Assembly: GCA_000320545.1 (NCBI GenBank)
Contig: ADNK01002546.1
Coordinates: 62,001 to 126,000 of the forward strand
Source of the DNA: Bigelowiella natans CCMP2755
Lineage: Eukaryota; Protista; Cercozoa
Direction: 5' to 3'
DNA length: 64,000 nt
Position numbers and translations under genes: made by a program. The notes below the pieces were generated by a model. That model was not told where the DNA came from and searched no databases. It saw only the letters and a program-made list of their open reading frames with translations. This document shows positions 40,961 through 56,339 of this stretch, piece after piece (within the stretch, counting starts at the first letter, position 1; each line of letters opens with the position of its first letter).

Positions 40961-41476
40961 CCGTTAATTCTGACCCTGCGACATCATCAAATCCTCTAAA
41001 AACTCTAAAAAGTCATTCGATTTTCCCAGGAGCGCTGATACTGTGAATCCTCGAATCGGGACGCAAAATATTGAAAAAAAAGGGACATGTTTCTTACTAA
41101 TATGTGAGAAAAAGGTTATTCTTTAAGTCTGAGGAGTTCATATCTACAAAATCTCGAGAGAATCTCCTAGGATCGTCGAAAATCTTGAACTCATTGTGCT
41201 CCTCCCTCTCTCTCTCCACGTTGGAAGGGTAAAAGCCGAATGCAACTGTGGTGGATTCCGTAGTGTGTACCCAGCCAAGGGGAGGGGTCAATCACCGATG
41301 AATAGGGCGGTTAGGGGATGCACATTTCGTTTGGTTGTAGAGCAATAGACAAGTACAGATGAGGAATTCGGGATTCATTGACAAGACTCAAAAGCCCTTG
41401 TGGAACAATTTGCACCCTCTATGGGACTTCCGCTTTTTTTTCTTCTTTAGTGTCGTACTCGATATCTGAGCTAGCG

Positions 41477-43002
41477 ATGTCCGAGCCAGCCACTGAAGCC
41501 AAAAATAAAGGAGACGGAACCACCACGGTTGGTGTGATGCCCCCTTTCGAATTCTGTATTGGATGAGCATATCAACATACATCCTAAATGCATATTAAGT
41601 ACGAATCTGGACATTTTCATGTATATGACTTTTCAGTCGACGCTTATACGCATATACACTAGCACGGATAACATATCACTCGTTCTAAAACGAAAAACAC
41701 ACACACAAACGGAGGACGGATGCTTGGTCAATCAAGCCTATATAATGCATTACTGCCACTAATAGCGATATTCATACCATTCGGTCGCAATTAGAATGAC
41801 CAATCTGCCAGCTCTGGCGGTGACTCGGCGAATCCAGGGAATCGGAAGGTGGTTATTTCTGTTTGAGATAGAGGACGTACATAACGTAATACACTGTAGG
41901 AAATGTTTGAATAGTTGTTGTGCACACCGTTACACAGAATCTGGCCTTTCGGGTCTCTACAGAAGAGGTTGTGTGCTGGCTTCTTGGCCAATCCGCACAA
42001 CACACACACATTGGTTTCGTATAGAATTATTGAAATTCTATTGTATTCGGCGCTTTGCTGATAACATCTACATCCAATCGCGACTATACTAACCGTGTTC
42101 TACTTTAATAATTTCAAAATATGACGTTTGTTTCATCCAATGCGAGCTTGTATGGCGACGCTTGTGCTGTAGAGCGTGGAATCACGATTGTCATCTCCGA
42201 CTTTATTGTGCTGCAAATGCTTTATTTTTCGCATGGAGAATCGATCTTTGTAGATTTAACAGGGAATATTTAATTGTATGGTAGTTGGTATGATCATTGT
42301 GTGCAAATATCGTGATTATTCTATGTAGGAGTCAGCCCTGAAACTAGCAGACAGCCCAAAGGATTTCCTTCAAAGCCCGAAAGATGTATGTATGTATGGA
42401 AGTAGCTGCGTTTCGATTTCAAACTCATTTACATCTCAAAAATACTTAAATATTTAAAAAATTATTAAAGAATGTATACGTGTAATTATACCTGTTATAC
42501 ACGACGGTGTAACGAGAATAAACCGAGTAAATACTAATCAATTCGATTCGATCCTAACACGTTTATCTCATCTTTGCGCTAGCTATTACCGCGCCGAGAG
42601 CAAGGGCCAAGGCCGAGAAAGGTAAGCGTCTAACCATCATCGATTATCAGTCTTCATACCCCGTTTTTCAGGCGATGCCACACATGTTATACACACACAC
42701 GCAAACGCACACACGCACGCACACACGCACGCACAGAGCGTAATGCCATAATATTCATCTATAAAGAATTTATGTATGCTGCGAATTCGTTGATATGACC
42801 GTCGATAAAGAACATGAGCTAACAGCGAAACCTTAACAATGCAGGAGCTGAGGCCAAGGAGCGTATCAGCAATGGATAGTTCTTCCGTGCTTGGAAGACG
42901 GTCTTCTTCGTCTCCGATACCGATGGTACTGACTCACAATGAAGAGACATTTTCCTCTTACCACCAACCAACACGCAAATGCGGCGTGAGAGACAGAGGG
43001 AA

Positions 43003-43034
<32 letters not shown>

Positions 43035-43280
43035 CTAACGCGCTCTGAACCGATATGATGCGTTTGTTGGCACGTGTGCGTTGAACAGGTGAGGCAGCTA
43101 TTGCAAGAAGTGGCCGACTCAAAGGAAGAACACTCAATAGATTCCAGTACGTTCGTTTGATACCGAAATGATGCAGCAGATAGCGAACGATTGCATGAGT
43201 GCCTTTCTATTGACTCGAATATTTAACGCACAGACAAATCACAATAGAGAAGGCTCCATATCTACACACATATGTAATCA

Positions 43281-43314
<34 letters not shown>

Positions 43315-43570
43315 GATTGATATAAACATATATATTACATATAGTATTCAGTATGCAGTGAGCGTCCAAGCTTATGTTACACGTGAGCGCGATGTATCAA
43401 TGACACACCACGCTTGACAGTCGCCATATTCCTTGAATGATCGTTAATAGTTATGCTTTTGTGATTCCAACGCCGTTTGCAGGACCCCGAGGAAGCTCAA
43501 TCGATACAAAAGATGAGAAAGAGGTGTGAAGTGACAGAGTGCCTAACGTCAAGGCGAGGCATATAGCTAA

Positions 43571-43603
<33 letters not shown>

Positions 43604-44258
43604 TGATATATATATGAACATGTACGAATACATACTAACAATCATCAACCTATGGATCTCTCCAATTGATGCGATTGGTTATTTCGTCGCCAGGATCTTC
43701 TCGTTGGGCTGAGGAAAAAGGCTGCTGAGAAGTACACGGAAGAGGTCGGGCATAGAAGCTTGGTTTCGGCGCGCGTGACTACGGCAGTTCTTACAGCGTC
43801 TGCGGCGACGTTGCGGCGCATTATCGCCGCATGCATATTATAGTTTATCTTCTCTTTTACGAGCTTTTCTCTTTTTCAAGCGCGGCCATGCAGCTCTTTT
43901 GGTTTTGGGAGAAGGAATACGCGTGTGTTTGAAAGTGGGATGTATTCGTTTGCTAGCGTTTTGTTGATGGTGCGTTTCATCTCCTCGTTTGTGCGTGTAC
44001 AGAATGACGGGCATCATCACGTTTCGGCTTCAATGAGTGAAAGTGTGTAAGATTTTGTTTATGCAAGAAGTTGCATGTTCTCCCATTTGATTGGGACAAT
44101 AGTCCATTGACTGTTTCTGTTATTCATGCTAAATCGTGAAGATGTTACATGCCTTGTGTCTAGTGCCCAGGCACGATTCTGAGAACATGCTTCTGCTTGT
44201 ATCTTTTGTTTGAACACAAAAAACACGAGTTTAATATATTTTGGATCAATATATTTAC

Positions 44259-44297
<39 letters not shown>

Positions 44298-45205
44298 GAA
44301 AGCAAACACACACACACACACACATACACACACATACACACATATGTGTTATAATTCCGATTTTTCTCATCATTCTGGGCAAACAGTGGATATCTCCAAG
44401 CTTCGAACTCTTCAGGTCTTAACGCATCCTCCCCATTACCATTGATCATTAAATGATGAAATAAATTTATCAATACGCCTACATCTACAGCACCTTTTTC
44501 GTCGCAATACTAACAAGAACGTACCTAGAAGTTATGCATGCAATTTAAAGCCTAGCACAAACTGTTGGTTTTGCTTTTCACCAGCTCACTGCGTTAAAAC
44601 TTGCTCGAAAAACCAGAGAGTCCACAGCAAGGTTGGTTGGGATTTAGCATTTTGGCTAACGGCGGTTATATGTATTTGTGGCGGCTACTCGCTTTGAATG
44701 AGAACCAAGACTTAATGACCTTCTCCTTTGTACGCGTTGTGTTCTATTTTTCATTCAATTCCCTGCTTTTCCTTCTTTCCGATTTTCGTCATTTGCCGCA
44801 ACCGAGACATCTGTTTTCACTACACGATGCAATGCCGATCTCGTGAGCACGAGAAAATAGCGAGAAAGAACAACGCAACACAAAAGCTCTCGACGGGCTC
44901 AATGCGCGATGGATCTTACAATATTATTGGGGATGAAGCGATGGGAGTCGATCAATATATGTTTTGTAAAGTGGAACCCTTACACGCGCGCGCGCTCGCG
45001 CGCACGGCACAAATAAATCCAGCCGGCATTTTCTAATGCAAGAAGCAAGTACTATCATTGCAATTAAAATCATTATCATCGTAATGTCCATGCATTGTGA
45101 AATCAAACCTTCGTCAGATCTGGGACAAAGGCTACTGAGAATAAAGCTCATGGGGTGAGTTTGGGATATGTATATTTTTTACAAATAAATATAAAATATA
45201 ATATC

Positions 45206-45244
<39 letters not shown>

Positions 45245-46101
45245 TATATAGATATGTATAACTTATATATGTGTTGTTAAATTAAATTGAAATGTGTACC
45301 AATATTCGCTTGTTTGGCGTTGGTCGTTTGCATTGGCATCATGCTTGGTTGGGGTTCGCCTTGATTGGCATTCGTTTTATTTCATTCTTATCTTTAATCG
45401 GGCAAAATATCCATTTTTGCTCACTGGCTCCTTGCCCCTGATATACTGTCGCAAATATGAATTTTCGCGCGCACGCGAAAAACCGTAAATCAAAGAAATC
45501 TGTAAGTGCAGTAAGTCTCCACGAGATTCTAGGCCAATCAGAAAAGGCACATTGAATTAAACAAAATGTTCCGACCGCACAGCATTGCTTCGGTTTCTGT
45601 TTCTAATTTTAGTATCTACGGTGTTAGGTGTATGCTATTCTGGCCGCCAAGCGATTTGCGAAGAAGATGCACGAGAAATCAAGGCAATCACTGCCTGCAT
45701 TCAAAATCATATTTAATGCGAACATTAGTATAGATGGTGTGCGTTGTCATTTAAGTAGTATTCTACCATCGATAGTAATAAAAAGCCAACTCCGTGCGCC
45801 GTGCGTGCATGAGAAATAATCTAGTAATGCAGTACCGTGACGCAACCTGCTGTTTTTTGTTATCCCACAGGACTCTAAACGCAAGCAAATGGAGAGGTTT
45901 AATCCAGAAATCAAAGAAAGAGAAAATACCCTTGCAGACGCTGCCGGAGATTGTCGAGCTGATGAAAGCTGGTAATTTTTCAGATTATGTAGATTCCCCT
46001 CCTCCTCCCCCTTCAGTTTCAGTTGTGTAGATATCGCGGCCAAAAACGCAAATAATATGAGGAGATATATACATGTTAAAAACAATACACTGTACATCTA
46101 G

Positions 46102-46140
<39 letters not shown>

Positions 46141-47284
46141 ATCACTACGGGTGATGTTTATTACGACAAGCGATTGAGTCGATTGTTGATTTGAGACGCG
46201 TCTTGTGTACCAATGAATGCTAGGAATCCCGCCATCCATTCGAGGAGAAGTTTGGAAGGTGTGCGCGAGGAGAAACAAGCATTGTTACCTTGCACCACTT
46301 GTTGGCTTCGTTTATGCCTAATTTGTTGGCTAGATTTATGAGCTAATGATTTCAAACTGAAGATAATCTAGCCGTTCTCACGACGATCACAACCATCTTC
46401 ATCATCATCATCATCACCATCAGAAATTCCTCGCCATTGACAAGCAGAAAGCCAAGCACCCAGAGAATTACTATAAGTAAGTAGCGCAAGTCGCAGACCG
46501 TTGTGTGTAGCTGTGTGCAGGGAGAACGCGAGATTTCTGTTTTTTTTGACGTTGATACCATTGGCTGCATGGGATAGGAAGAGCGCAGTTCTACTGCGTG
46601 ACATATTGCGGTGAGCGAGCAAAGCATGAGGGTTTTTGGCCCTTCATGTGTTTGCTGTTTGTCTTTGTACGATAGCAATGAACTTGCGACAGCTAAAATC
46701 GTAAGATGGTTTCATAGGCTTGTGTGCGTGTGTGTGTGTGTGTGTCTCAGTATGTGTGTGTGTGTGTGTGTGTGTGTGTCAGTGTGTGTGGTTTTTTTCC
46801 CTCAAGAATCGATATGTTCGTAGGACACTAAAGTCGAATGCGGATTATGTCATCAAGAAGTTTTGCACAGTAAGTGCGCACATTAAACACGAATACTATA
46901 ATATCATATATACATATATATATATTTATATTTTTATATGTATATTGATATTAATATACATGTTTGAATGTATGTGTTTGTTTTTGCTTCCTTAACAATG
47001 ATGTGAGAGTGGAGATAAAGAATCTTGGCAATATCGAATCAAAGCGGTGGTTTGATGATTGCCTATTATGATCGTGTGGGCGTATGTGTGTGTGGTTCTG
47101 CCTACATATCTGCGTGTGCGTTTGATGAGTATAATACCAACCAGGGATCTTCATCCTCTTCGTCGCGTACGCAAACGGTCAGTGCAATGTTTCAAATGCG
47201 TGTTTCATCGCAATTTAGACAGTTTTATTTCTCATCTCTCTCACTCTTTATACATGTAGATATTATTAAATATATTTATATATT

Positions 47285-47323
<39 letters not shown>

Positions 47324-47719
47324 TTTTAGTATTCCTTTATATATTTTTATAGTATTTGTTTATACACATTTTCCTTATAATACCGTATATTGTTATCTTT
47401 CTCTCATTTGATCTCTTTCTCCGGCTCTCTCCCCGGCTCTTTCTCGTTCTCCTCACTTTCTTCCTACTGCGCTGAAATCATGCATACGTCGCCATTCATT
47501 GAGTCGCGCATTACTGCATCAACTGTGGAACAGAGCACTCCGGAGTGGTTGTCACAGATACAAAAGGATATTCCGAGGTCGGTAGCTATAAAAGTCCATA
47601 ACAGCAAAGTTCTATTAAGTTTCGACTCATTGGATTATTTTGTATTTTCTTGGTTTTCCGCGTGCTCGAGGTTGTCGTTGTAATAGTCACTCTTTCCATA
47701 GTCACTATTTCTCTTTTCA

Positions 47720-47759
<40 letters not shown>

Positions 47760-50700
47760 GTCTCTTTCTCTACACGCACAAAGATGTATGTAGAGAGGGA
47801 GAGAGAGAAAGAGAGAGAGCGAGAGAGAGAGAGAGAGAGAGAGAGATATCTTGTCGTAGTTTCTCTATTTCCTATTGACTCATTGTTGTATATTCCGACA
47901 AATACCAGGACGCTGCACGACGTGCAATCGCTGGAGTCGAAGGTGTTGCTTATCGCGTTTGACTTCCTTCACAAATAGGAATATGCGCCTTATACTCTAT
48001 TCATTCAATGATGCCGCTATTGCGAGTGTGCCCAACATCTAAGAGATATTTAAAGCCCTCTAAAGGCGGTTCGTTACTACCTTAACCGTTTAAAGATCTT
48101 GCACTGTTTCTACTATTATCTAAAAGGAACTAATTGATGTTTGCGAGGAAGCCTATAAAATTCGTCTGTTGTGTGTGCTTTATTATGCATATATATATAT
48201 ATATATATATATATAGGATGCGAGAGAGTCGCTTTTGCGAATACTGGTATGTTACTACTACCGAAACCCGCAAGCCGTGGGTTATTGCCAGGTCAGCTTT
48301 TTCAGGGGAGAAAAAAAAAAAAAAATGGACCATGCACGACAATGTGGGATAGGTTTTTATTGGATGCAAAGTTCCAACCCCTGCGTGTTTTTCTCTCGAA
48401 ACCTCTCTGCTCGGGTTGTGATCGATTGCATTCCCGCGTGTGCCCGCACGCGACGATGCGACGCACGATGAATTCTCTCTTAAGTCTAAGTGCACGCATG
48501 CTATCACAGGGCATGAATCTAGTAGCTGCGGGGCTTTTGAGCGTGATGGACGAAGCCGATGCCTTTTGGAGCTTGGTAGTCAAAAAGGCCAGGCAGCCAC
48601 CTTCACGCGTAGTAGAATAATACTTTGTCATTTCGCGGATACGTGAGAGAACACTTGCATGCACGTTGTTGGCGTTCGTTTTCACAACTCTCCGCGTGTC
48701 TAATTAGAGTACCGAATCACTGGAATCGAAGAAAGAATGAACCTTCCATTTGTGATGTTGTTCTTTTTGGTTTATTTTCTTTCCAAGGTGTGCGTTATCG
48801 AAAGCCGCATAGGCTACTACACGAAATCGATGGCGGGTAGTAGTTTGTTAATAGCAACCAGACCAGATCTGCACTAACATCGTCGGAATATATAAATACA
48901 TATATGATATATTATATATATAATCACAATTGTTAGTACCTAACGGGCATGCTTGTACATGACGGTGTATTGAGGTGGGGATTCATTGTGCCTATACGTG
49001 TTTCTGTGTTAAATACACGTGTGTCTGTTTAAAAACGATGAGCCGAGTATGCATTGCAAGAAAGTAAGGTTCCATGAATATAGTTTTCTTCGAGTTTTAT
49101 CAATGACAGTTTGCTAATGACTTCTGAGTCCTTGATGTTTGTTTCTCCTAGGTTTATTAGTCGATCAATGCGTGCTGGAGAGTCTCTTCTCCTACTATTT
49201 GCCCGATGTAAGTGGACCTCTGACTGTATCACCCCAAATCCCAAACGAGCATAGAGAACGGATTTATGAAAGCACCATATCGATCCCAACAAGGGAATGA
49301 ATCAAACGCAAAAAGTGGCGGGAGACTGTGGGATTCGTCGATTTTATTTTTCCCCTAAGTTTTTCAATATTGAGCGCGGCATAAGCGCTGAATGTACACT
49401 GTAGCATTACTTCTCCTTCGTAGTGGACAAAAGTGTATGCAATATACACGATTTCTGCGTCTCTGATGTGGTCTGCATGTGTGTTTGTGTTTTATGCGCG
49501 TATACTTTTCTGTTTGTTTTCCATAGTTATATGATCATATGAAGAAGCTGGAAGTGACGATTGCTTCATTTACGACGTCTTGGTAGGGATAGATAACAGA
49601 GAGCATTACAACGCCGAAACAATCCAGTGCTGCTACTATATGAGTTTTAACATGAGCGGGACATTGTCGTAGACTGCCTAGCGGTTTGCCACTATATATT
49701 AACGAAGAATCTTTTACCTTTCCAAAGGTTTATATGTTTATTCATGGAGACCCCCGTCCCATACAAAGTAAGTGGGCGGCGGTTTATATTTATACAGCAA
49801 ATTTTGAATTAGCGTACGATGAAGAGCAACCATTTATATGGCAGACGCGAGTTGAGAGCAGATGCTCTAGAAATTGCCTTTCATCGTTCAGTATATGTTC
49901 TCCGTGTTGTTTATTTTCCCGGTTTAGCGCCATCTGTGCATACGCTGTCTGTTTTCAGCAGAAGCAGTTGCCGATAACTCGATGTTAGATTGTAAAATCA
50001 ACGAAGAGATGGAGAAGGAGGGAGAATGAGGGAGGGGGAGAGAGACAGGGGGGGGGAAATAGACAGGGCGCGGAGCGAGAGGAATAAATTGAATTTGATG
50101 TTCGTTTGTTTTTAACGGATAAGGTCTGCATGGGGCTGTGGGACTATCTATTCTGTTACGGGTAGTTCTGCCTTTTGACTTGTCTAAGCCGCGCTCAGTT
50201 TGCAGTACACTAGCTATTCATATATGAATTGTATATAAATATACAATATAGAAATGATTATATAAAAATCAAATATACTGATATATAGTTTTTATGTATG
50301 CATGCATAGATTTGCATTCAAAATGGTTATTGTTGTACACATTTTTCCCTAATGTTACTAACATTCTTGTAAAATAGCTATCTCTGATGTGTGTATGTGT
50401 GTGTGTGTGTGTGTGTGTGATTATTTGTGTGTGAGTATACACGCCACTACTAACTAGCTCCATTATATAATGCGCTGATGCCGTAAATGCGTTTTCAGAG
50501 ACGAGATGCTGTTCCAAGTATCGCTAGCGTTGTTAAAGAAAAAAAGGTTGCGTTATCATCATTACGCGTGCTAAGATGACGTAATCACATATTTCCAACT
50601 GAATTCATAGATATTAGATGATATGCATAGGATTTCCGAGCGTTTTTTTCCTTTATCCTCTGACCCGCCCCCCCCCCCCTTTCCCTCTTGCCCCCTCCAT

Positions 50701-51639
50701 AGAAAAGAGATCTTGGAGCTGAATGATTCTGGCATGTTACTGATGTTCATGCTCAAGCTTGGTAGGAGACTCTGCGACGTGACAAATACGAGAATGACGA
50801 TGAGCGAATTGTTGTTTAGTTAGCGTTGGCAAGGGTTAGGCAGGGCATGTGATTGTTCCCACCTACTACTCACGATATCAATGAGCAATCGGAAGGAACA
50901 ACTCTTTCGAGTTTGTTTAGCGTGAGGGAGTAGTACACCGCGAGATCGTCGATTCAAGGACACAAGGTTTCTTGATGGATGTCTCGCCTTTTCCCTTTAT
51001 TCGCTCAGGGGCCGATTTGGAGAGGTGGATCTTGTCGGAAGTCAGTGCCAAGCTCGGTGAATCACCCCGCCGCCGCGCTGGCGCAATCTCGCATTTCCAT
51101 CGTGTTAGCAATATATACACACAGCGCCGCCTTCCTCATGCCTCGTGTGCATTTAATCAGGCGAGTTGATAACGTCCATAAGTACCTTGAGGAGGTCCAA
51201 TCAAATCAAGGTGCTTTTTCCGTGCGCATCGCGGTCGCGACCAGCGTTGTATTCGGTGGAATGATTGTCCCCCCCCCCCCCCCTCCAAACATCAAGGGGG
51301 CGGGACGACCATAGCACATTGAAGAATATGAATCAAGTCGAGAAGCTCCGTAAACGGTAAGTAGCGAGCTTGCGTTTGAAACGCCTTCCCGGGAGAGCAT
51401 TTCGCTGCCGGGGAGACACACAAAAAATCCCGTATTGCAATGATTAAGTTTTTTGCAGGTCTTCGTTTTTTTTTAACCTTTTTGAAACCGGGGGGTCCTG
51501 GTGTTCATGCGCTGACGAGATGTGATGGTGTTGAGGAATGGGAAATAGATGGTTCCCGTTTCCACTGCAGGTACCGAATCGAGACCGCCGATGAAGTTCA
51601 GGGGTAAGCAGCACAAAGATACTTCACCAATTAAAAATC

Positions 51640-51700
<61 letters not shown>

Positions 51701-53084
51701 AGAGAGGGATAGAGGGAGAGATAAAAGTATATATTTAAGATAATCATCATAATGTTCGATTCCTTGCTTTAATAGCTGTCCGCATTTGCTCCACTCCCAC
51801 CCCCCCCCTTTGCAACATAAGGCTTTGGAAAACGTTCATTTCACCAGCCCCATGGTCTATCCTGGTGAGGAGGCTATGTTCTCTCTTTGAGCGTTTTTAT
51901 AACTAAAAACTATAAAATCCATAATCGTGTCTCACATCCTCCGATGAGAGCTAAAGAGATTCCCCATTCTGCCTTTAGCTGCTTTCCTCTCCCTTTCAGC
52001 TTTCTCTCTTTAGCACGTTTTTCACTCGTGTTGTTTCTGGGCAGGTGCAAAATTGCATTCCTAGCATGGTTTGGTTCTCTTCCGCATTAGTCAAAGCTTG
52101 CTATCAAGAGGTAAGCAAGCTCTGACGTCATTTTCCATTCATTTTGGAGGACATGTGAGGAGGAGGAGAAGGAGGAAGAGGCGTGAGTGGCGCATTTGAA
52201 TGCAAGAGGCGGATTTGATTTGTATTATTTCTTTGGTTTTCGCGGCCGCGCCGTCGCGTGCGTATACCCGTTAGTGCTAGTATGAATCCTTGCCCGCAAC
52301 GGAACAAGCGGTGAAAAGATGAGAGCACCTTTCCATCATGCTTGTGCGTGTAGGAATCGAAGAACTGGCGAGCATCGGGATTACTCTCTGGGTATGGTTT
52401 GAACAAAGATCCTGTGCGTACCAATGCTGAACCCAAATCAAAAAAGTCTGTGGAATACGCGAGAGAGGCGCGAAATATGAAATAACGGATGGTAAATAAG
52501 ATCGGCGAGCAGAGGCCGAATTTGGGCGGCGTCGAGCAAGATGCGTATGCATGGATATGCGTTTGCATTAACTGATCTTGCATCTGCATTGATAGGTTTG
52601 CTCTGCAGTTGTTCAACTTGCTCGATGTACACGGCACAGGTGTGAGAGGGCTATGATTGATATGAGGGTGGCTTTCTATGTAACTCTCAAACACAGCGTG
52701 TTTACCGGCCGACGTGAAATTTGTACTCATTAGATGCCTTTAAATGATATTATATGTTTTGCCCACTCACACACATACGCACGCATTTTAATGCCTCAGG
52801 CCAAATCAGCTTCGATAACTTCGTTTGGTAAGTGAGACTTGGTGAAACCGCATCCCTCCTGTATCTGTCACCACGACGACGGCTTCGTGCAGCGAATTTG
52901 TGGTTTTTTTTAATCATCATCTAAATATGCATTAAATTTGCATTGAGATTGTACTTTGGATGTGGTATTATTATCCCTCATCAAGGCTGACTCGCATATT
53001 AAATCACGGAAGCGCTCGCGAAAGGGCTAAGTTAGCTTTTCGGTTCTTCGATTATGGTCATTAATCATAAACACGCGTTTTGCC

Positions 53085-53119
<35 letters not shown>

Positions 53120-54260
53120 GCACACAAACTTTCTACTATCAATGTCGACACTAATAATAGAGGAGTCGAAGTATGAGGGTCTTTGGTGCCAATCGCCTTT
53201 GGATTCTTTCATTGTATTCGTTTTTACATTAACCGAAAGAGAAAAAGGACGAGGAAAAGAGAGAAATGCAGCGAGGAGGCGGCTTCCCAACGCCGCTCTC
53301 TGCTCTCCCATTCCCACCCAACTCTCAGTGTGCGTTTGGGTGCTGATGGTATATATCCTCCCCATCGTGGTCGTTTCGTATTGTAGACGGGGACCGGCGA
53401 GTAGGAAAGGCCGATTTGCTAATGGGGATCAAACGGATAGGAAGAATGTACGACGGCAGGGCAAGGTATATCCGGCTAATAAATACATCCAAGCGCTTGC
53501 GTGAGGCCCGATAAATTGCGCACAGCCATACAGCGGTTTTACGCTGCGATGCGTGTTGGTTGAGAGGGCTCTCTCACCTTGAATTTAGCAGATTTCACAT
53601 TTCTGTGTATGGCAATGGTTCCAACCGTGGATGTGTTTCGTTCTTGACAGTGACCAAAGGAGGCGAATGTTTATGCTGGTGAACAGCTTTCTTTTCTGGT
53701 AATTCCCCATCGGATTCGCATGGTGCATTACACTGGTAGATGCGTGCGCATGCACAACGGTGTCGGCGTATGCGTCGAAGCTGCCTTGTTGGAAGGCAAG
53801 ATATCCGATTAGCACCAACACGACGAAGAAACGGCGAGGACGGACGCTCGCACGTTGTCAAGTGAATCCCGTTTTTAACCCTTTTGATCTCTTAGGTACT
53901 CCACATCTGGCTCGAGCTCTGCTTCGGAGGCAGCCAAGGAGAAGACTATCGTGGTTGAGCTGCCTCGCAAGCCCTTTGGATTTAGCATTGGAGAGGTCGG
54001 GTCCATCAATTCCCTTGAAGATTTCCGGCGTTTAACTGAGCCCGCATATACATCGCTCTACCTCCTTGAGCATCAACCGCACTTCGTCTTTTTGTTTCTT
54101 CAAGGAACAATGGAGAGGGAGGTTGGTTGACGACCTGAATGTACGATTTATGCTGTAGATCAATATCGGCCGGACTAAGCTACTGGAAGTGAGTGCTGTG
54201 GATGGAGAGGAGGCGCAGAAGGTGATGATGCACTCTTTGTGTTTCTATACAAATGAGTAT

Positions 54261-54300
<40 letters not shown>

Positions 54301-54363
54301 TCAATCAATCATGCGCATAATAATATGTGCATACATGCAAATCTAACCCCTCTTCGTCTTTCT

Positions 54364-54394
<31 letters not shown>

Positions 54395-55571
54395 CCCCCC
54401 CCTCTCTATCATCGTGTTTGTGTGTGCGTGTGTGCGGACGTGCGGGCGCGCGTGCATAGGCTGGAATAGAGCCAGGATGGAAGATTTGCAAGATCAACGG
54501 CAGAATCACTGACAGTCAGTAAACACGTCTTCGCGCAATTCCGCAGCGCCCTTTTGCGATTTCCCTCTCGCGCGCTTTTTTCCCTTTCCAAATACTAGTG
54601 AATCTTGAGCGCATGTTCGGCACTGCTCGCGCATTTTCTATGCGTTACAGTTTGAATGAGACTTACTTCCCGCAACCCGCCGCCCCGTGCATTGTGCGCT
54701 CCCCTACATATGCGTGCAGATATTGAAGTTCCAGAACTTGTAAAGCTATGCAGAGAGGTACTGGCATTTCGATCGGCACTGAGGCGTGCAAATGCTTGCA
54801 AACCCCAAGCTAACACCACCTATCGTTTAAAGAGTATTCTTGAATGGATTGAATTTTATCGCTCACGTCCATTAAGCCTCGGGGCTGTTAGAATACAAAT
54901 CAACACCTATCATTTAAAGACTATTCTTAAATGGATTGAATTTTACCGCTCGCGTCCCATTAACGATATGCGTGCTTGCAGGCGACTCTACCGTGCGAAA
55001 TATCGTTCCAGACGCCCCCCGATCACAGGTAGGAAGCTATAGCTATGTTGCTTATTTAGCAATGAGCAGGATGATGATGTGAGGTTATTCATCCGTGTAC
55101 ATTGTTTCGTTGTCATTCTGCGATATTCATTTTTGTGATTTTTCGTAAAATGTGAAATGATAACAACAAAGTCCCTGCGGTTTCTTTCTGGTGGTGGTGT
55201 TAGTTGCATGCGCGCACGAGATATTGTTATTTCAAGGCGTGGGTCGTTTATGTTAATATGTCTGAATATTATCTGTAGACTCCGCGCGGATGATTTTATC
55301 AAGAAGATCGATGCGCTGATTCGGTGAGTCATACAAAGTCCTTCTCACCTTTTTAAGATATATGCGGCAGTATTTTGAAAGCGTTTGTATCTGATTTTCA
55401 TATGTCATTGGTTTCTTTTTGCGTTTTTAAATCAAGTTACCTTGAAACATCTATTTCGCGTATTTCTCATAATTTCGTATGCGTCATCTGTAATGCCGAT
55501 TTCTTTGTTACCACAGCTTGGAACCGAGGTTGATGAATCTATTCTTTGGTAAAAATACGCCGTCAAAGCTT

Positions 55572-55613
<42 letters not shown>

Positions 55614-56126
55614 TTCTCTTTTGCCTTCGCTAGTTTGATTACATTGCATCTTCCTTTGTATGGAAGAAGGGTGCACTATCGTTGTTTCGATGTATGCTTT
55701 ATTGGGGGTTTGTTGTTTTGTAAGCTCCCGCCCGTCCTTCCTCGACGCAGTCACATCTCCCTCGTTTTGGCTGCGATGTATATTTTTAGGAAACTATCAC
55801 AAGCGACGAACGTCAGGCGGTGAGAAGTCGTCATCACCGGTAAGTGTAAGTCCGAGGGAGTTATAACCTGGTGCGGGAGGCAGAAGAGGGGGAGGAGAGG
55901 GGGGGAGAGGTTTCGGAAACATTGTTCAGAGTAATCAACGCTATGCATGTTTGTAATGTAATGAGCGTCACAGGATAACATGGTGTGATATTTATTCTTG
56001 ATAAATTATTTATAGAACCAGGGGAAATTGGGAGCCGCTTCTGAGCGATTAGCTAGGTAGTCAGTCGCATATTCTTTCATACCATTCTGTATTCGCGCAA
56101 ACGCGCGCGCGCGCGTGCGCCCACTG

Positions 56127-56158
<32 letters not shown>

Positions 56159-56339
56159 GCACTCACACACACGCACGCACTCACACACACGCACTCACAC
56201 ACACACTTGCACACATCCATAGACAAATGTACGCCGTGGGTATGTATGTGAGAAAAATTCCGCACGCATGTAAATCATGCCGTTGCCATTTCCCAGGTGG
56301 TTTAAAGGGAAACAAAGCGAAAAAACTAGCGGAAAATAG
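41477..56339 (+). CDS. TBC-domain Rab GTPase-activating protein with a C-terminal EF-hand-like segment, many exons
   Basis: Exons give ELMKAG|IPPSIRGEVWK (46224-46259), WLSQIQKDIPR|T (IxxDxxR, ~47545-47577), RILVCYYYRNPQAVGYCQ|GMNLVAAGLLSVMDEADAFWSL (YxQ, ~48238-48575), IGYYTKSMAG|LLVDQ, LYDHMKKLEVTIASFTTSW, LWDYLFCYG, LFQVSLALLK, KEILELNDSGMLL and DGDRRVGKADL (~53388). Stop TAG at 56337-56339. The start may be 41477 (MSEPATEAK) or 42839. Confidence 0.9.
54811..54963 (+). repeat. Intronic ~64-bp direct duplication
   Basis: cacctatcgtttaaagagtattcttgaatggattgaattttatcgctcacgtcc-attaa (~54816-54874) vs cacctatcatttaaagactattcttaaatggattgaattttaccgctcgcgtcccattaa (~54904-54963). Confidence 0.9.

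Noticed and set aside
54656-55042. 128-aa ORF with an internal peptide repeat
   Set aside because: It is read-through from a TBC exon into an intron containing a DNA duplication.
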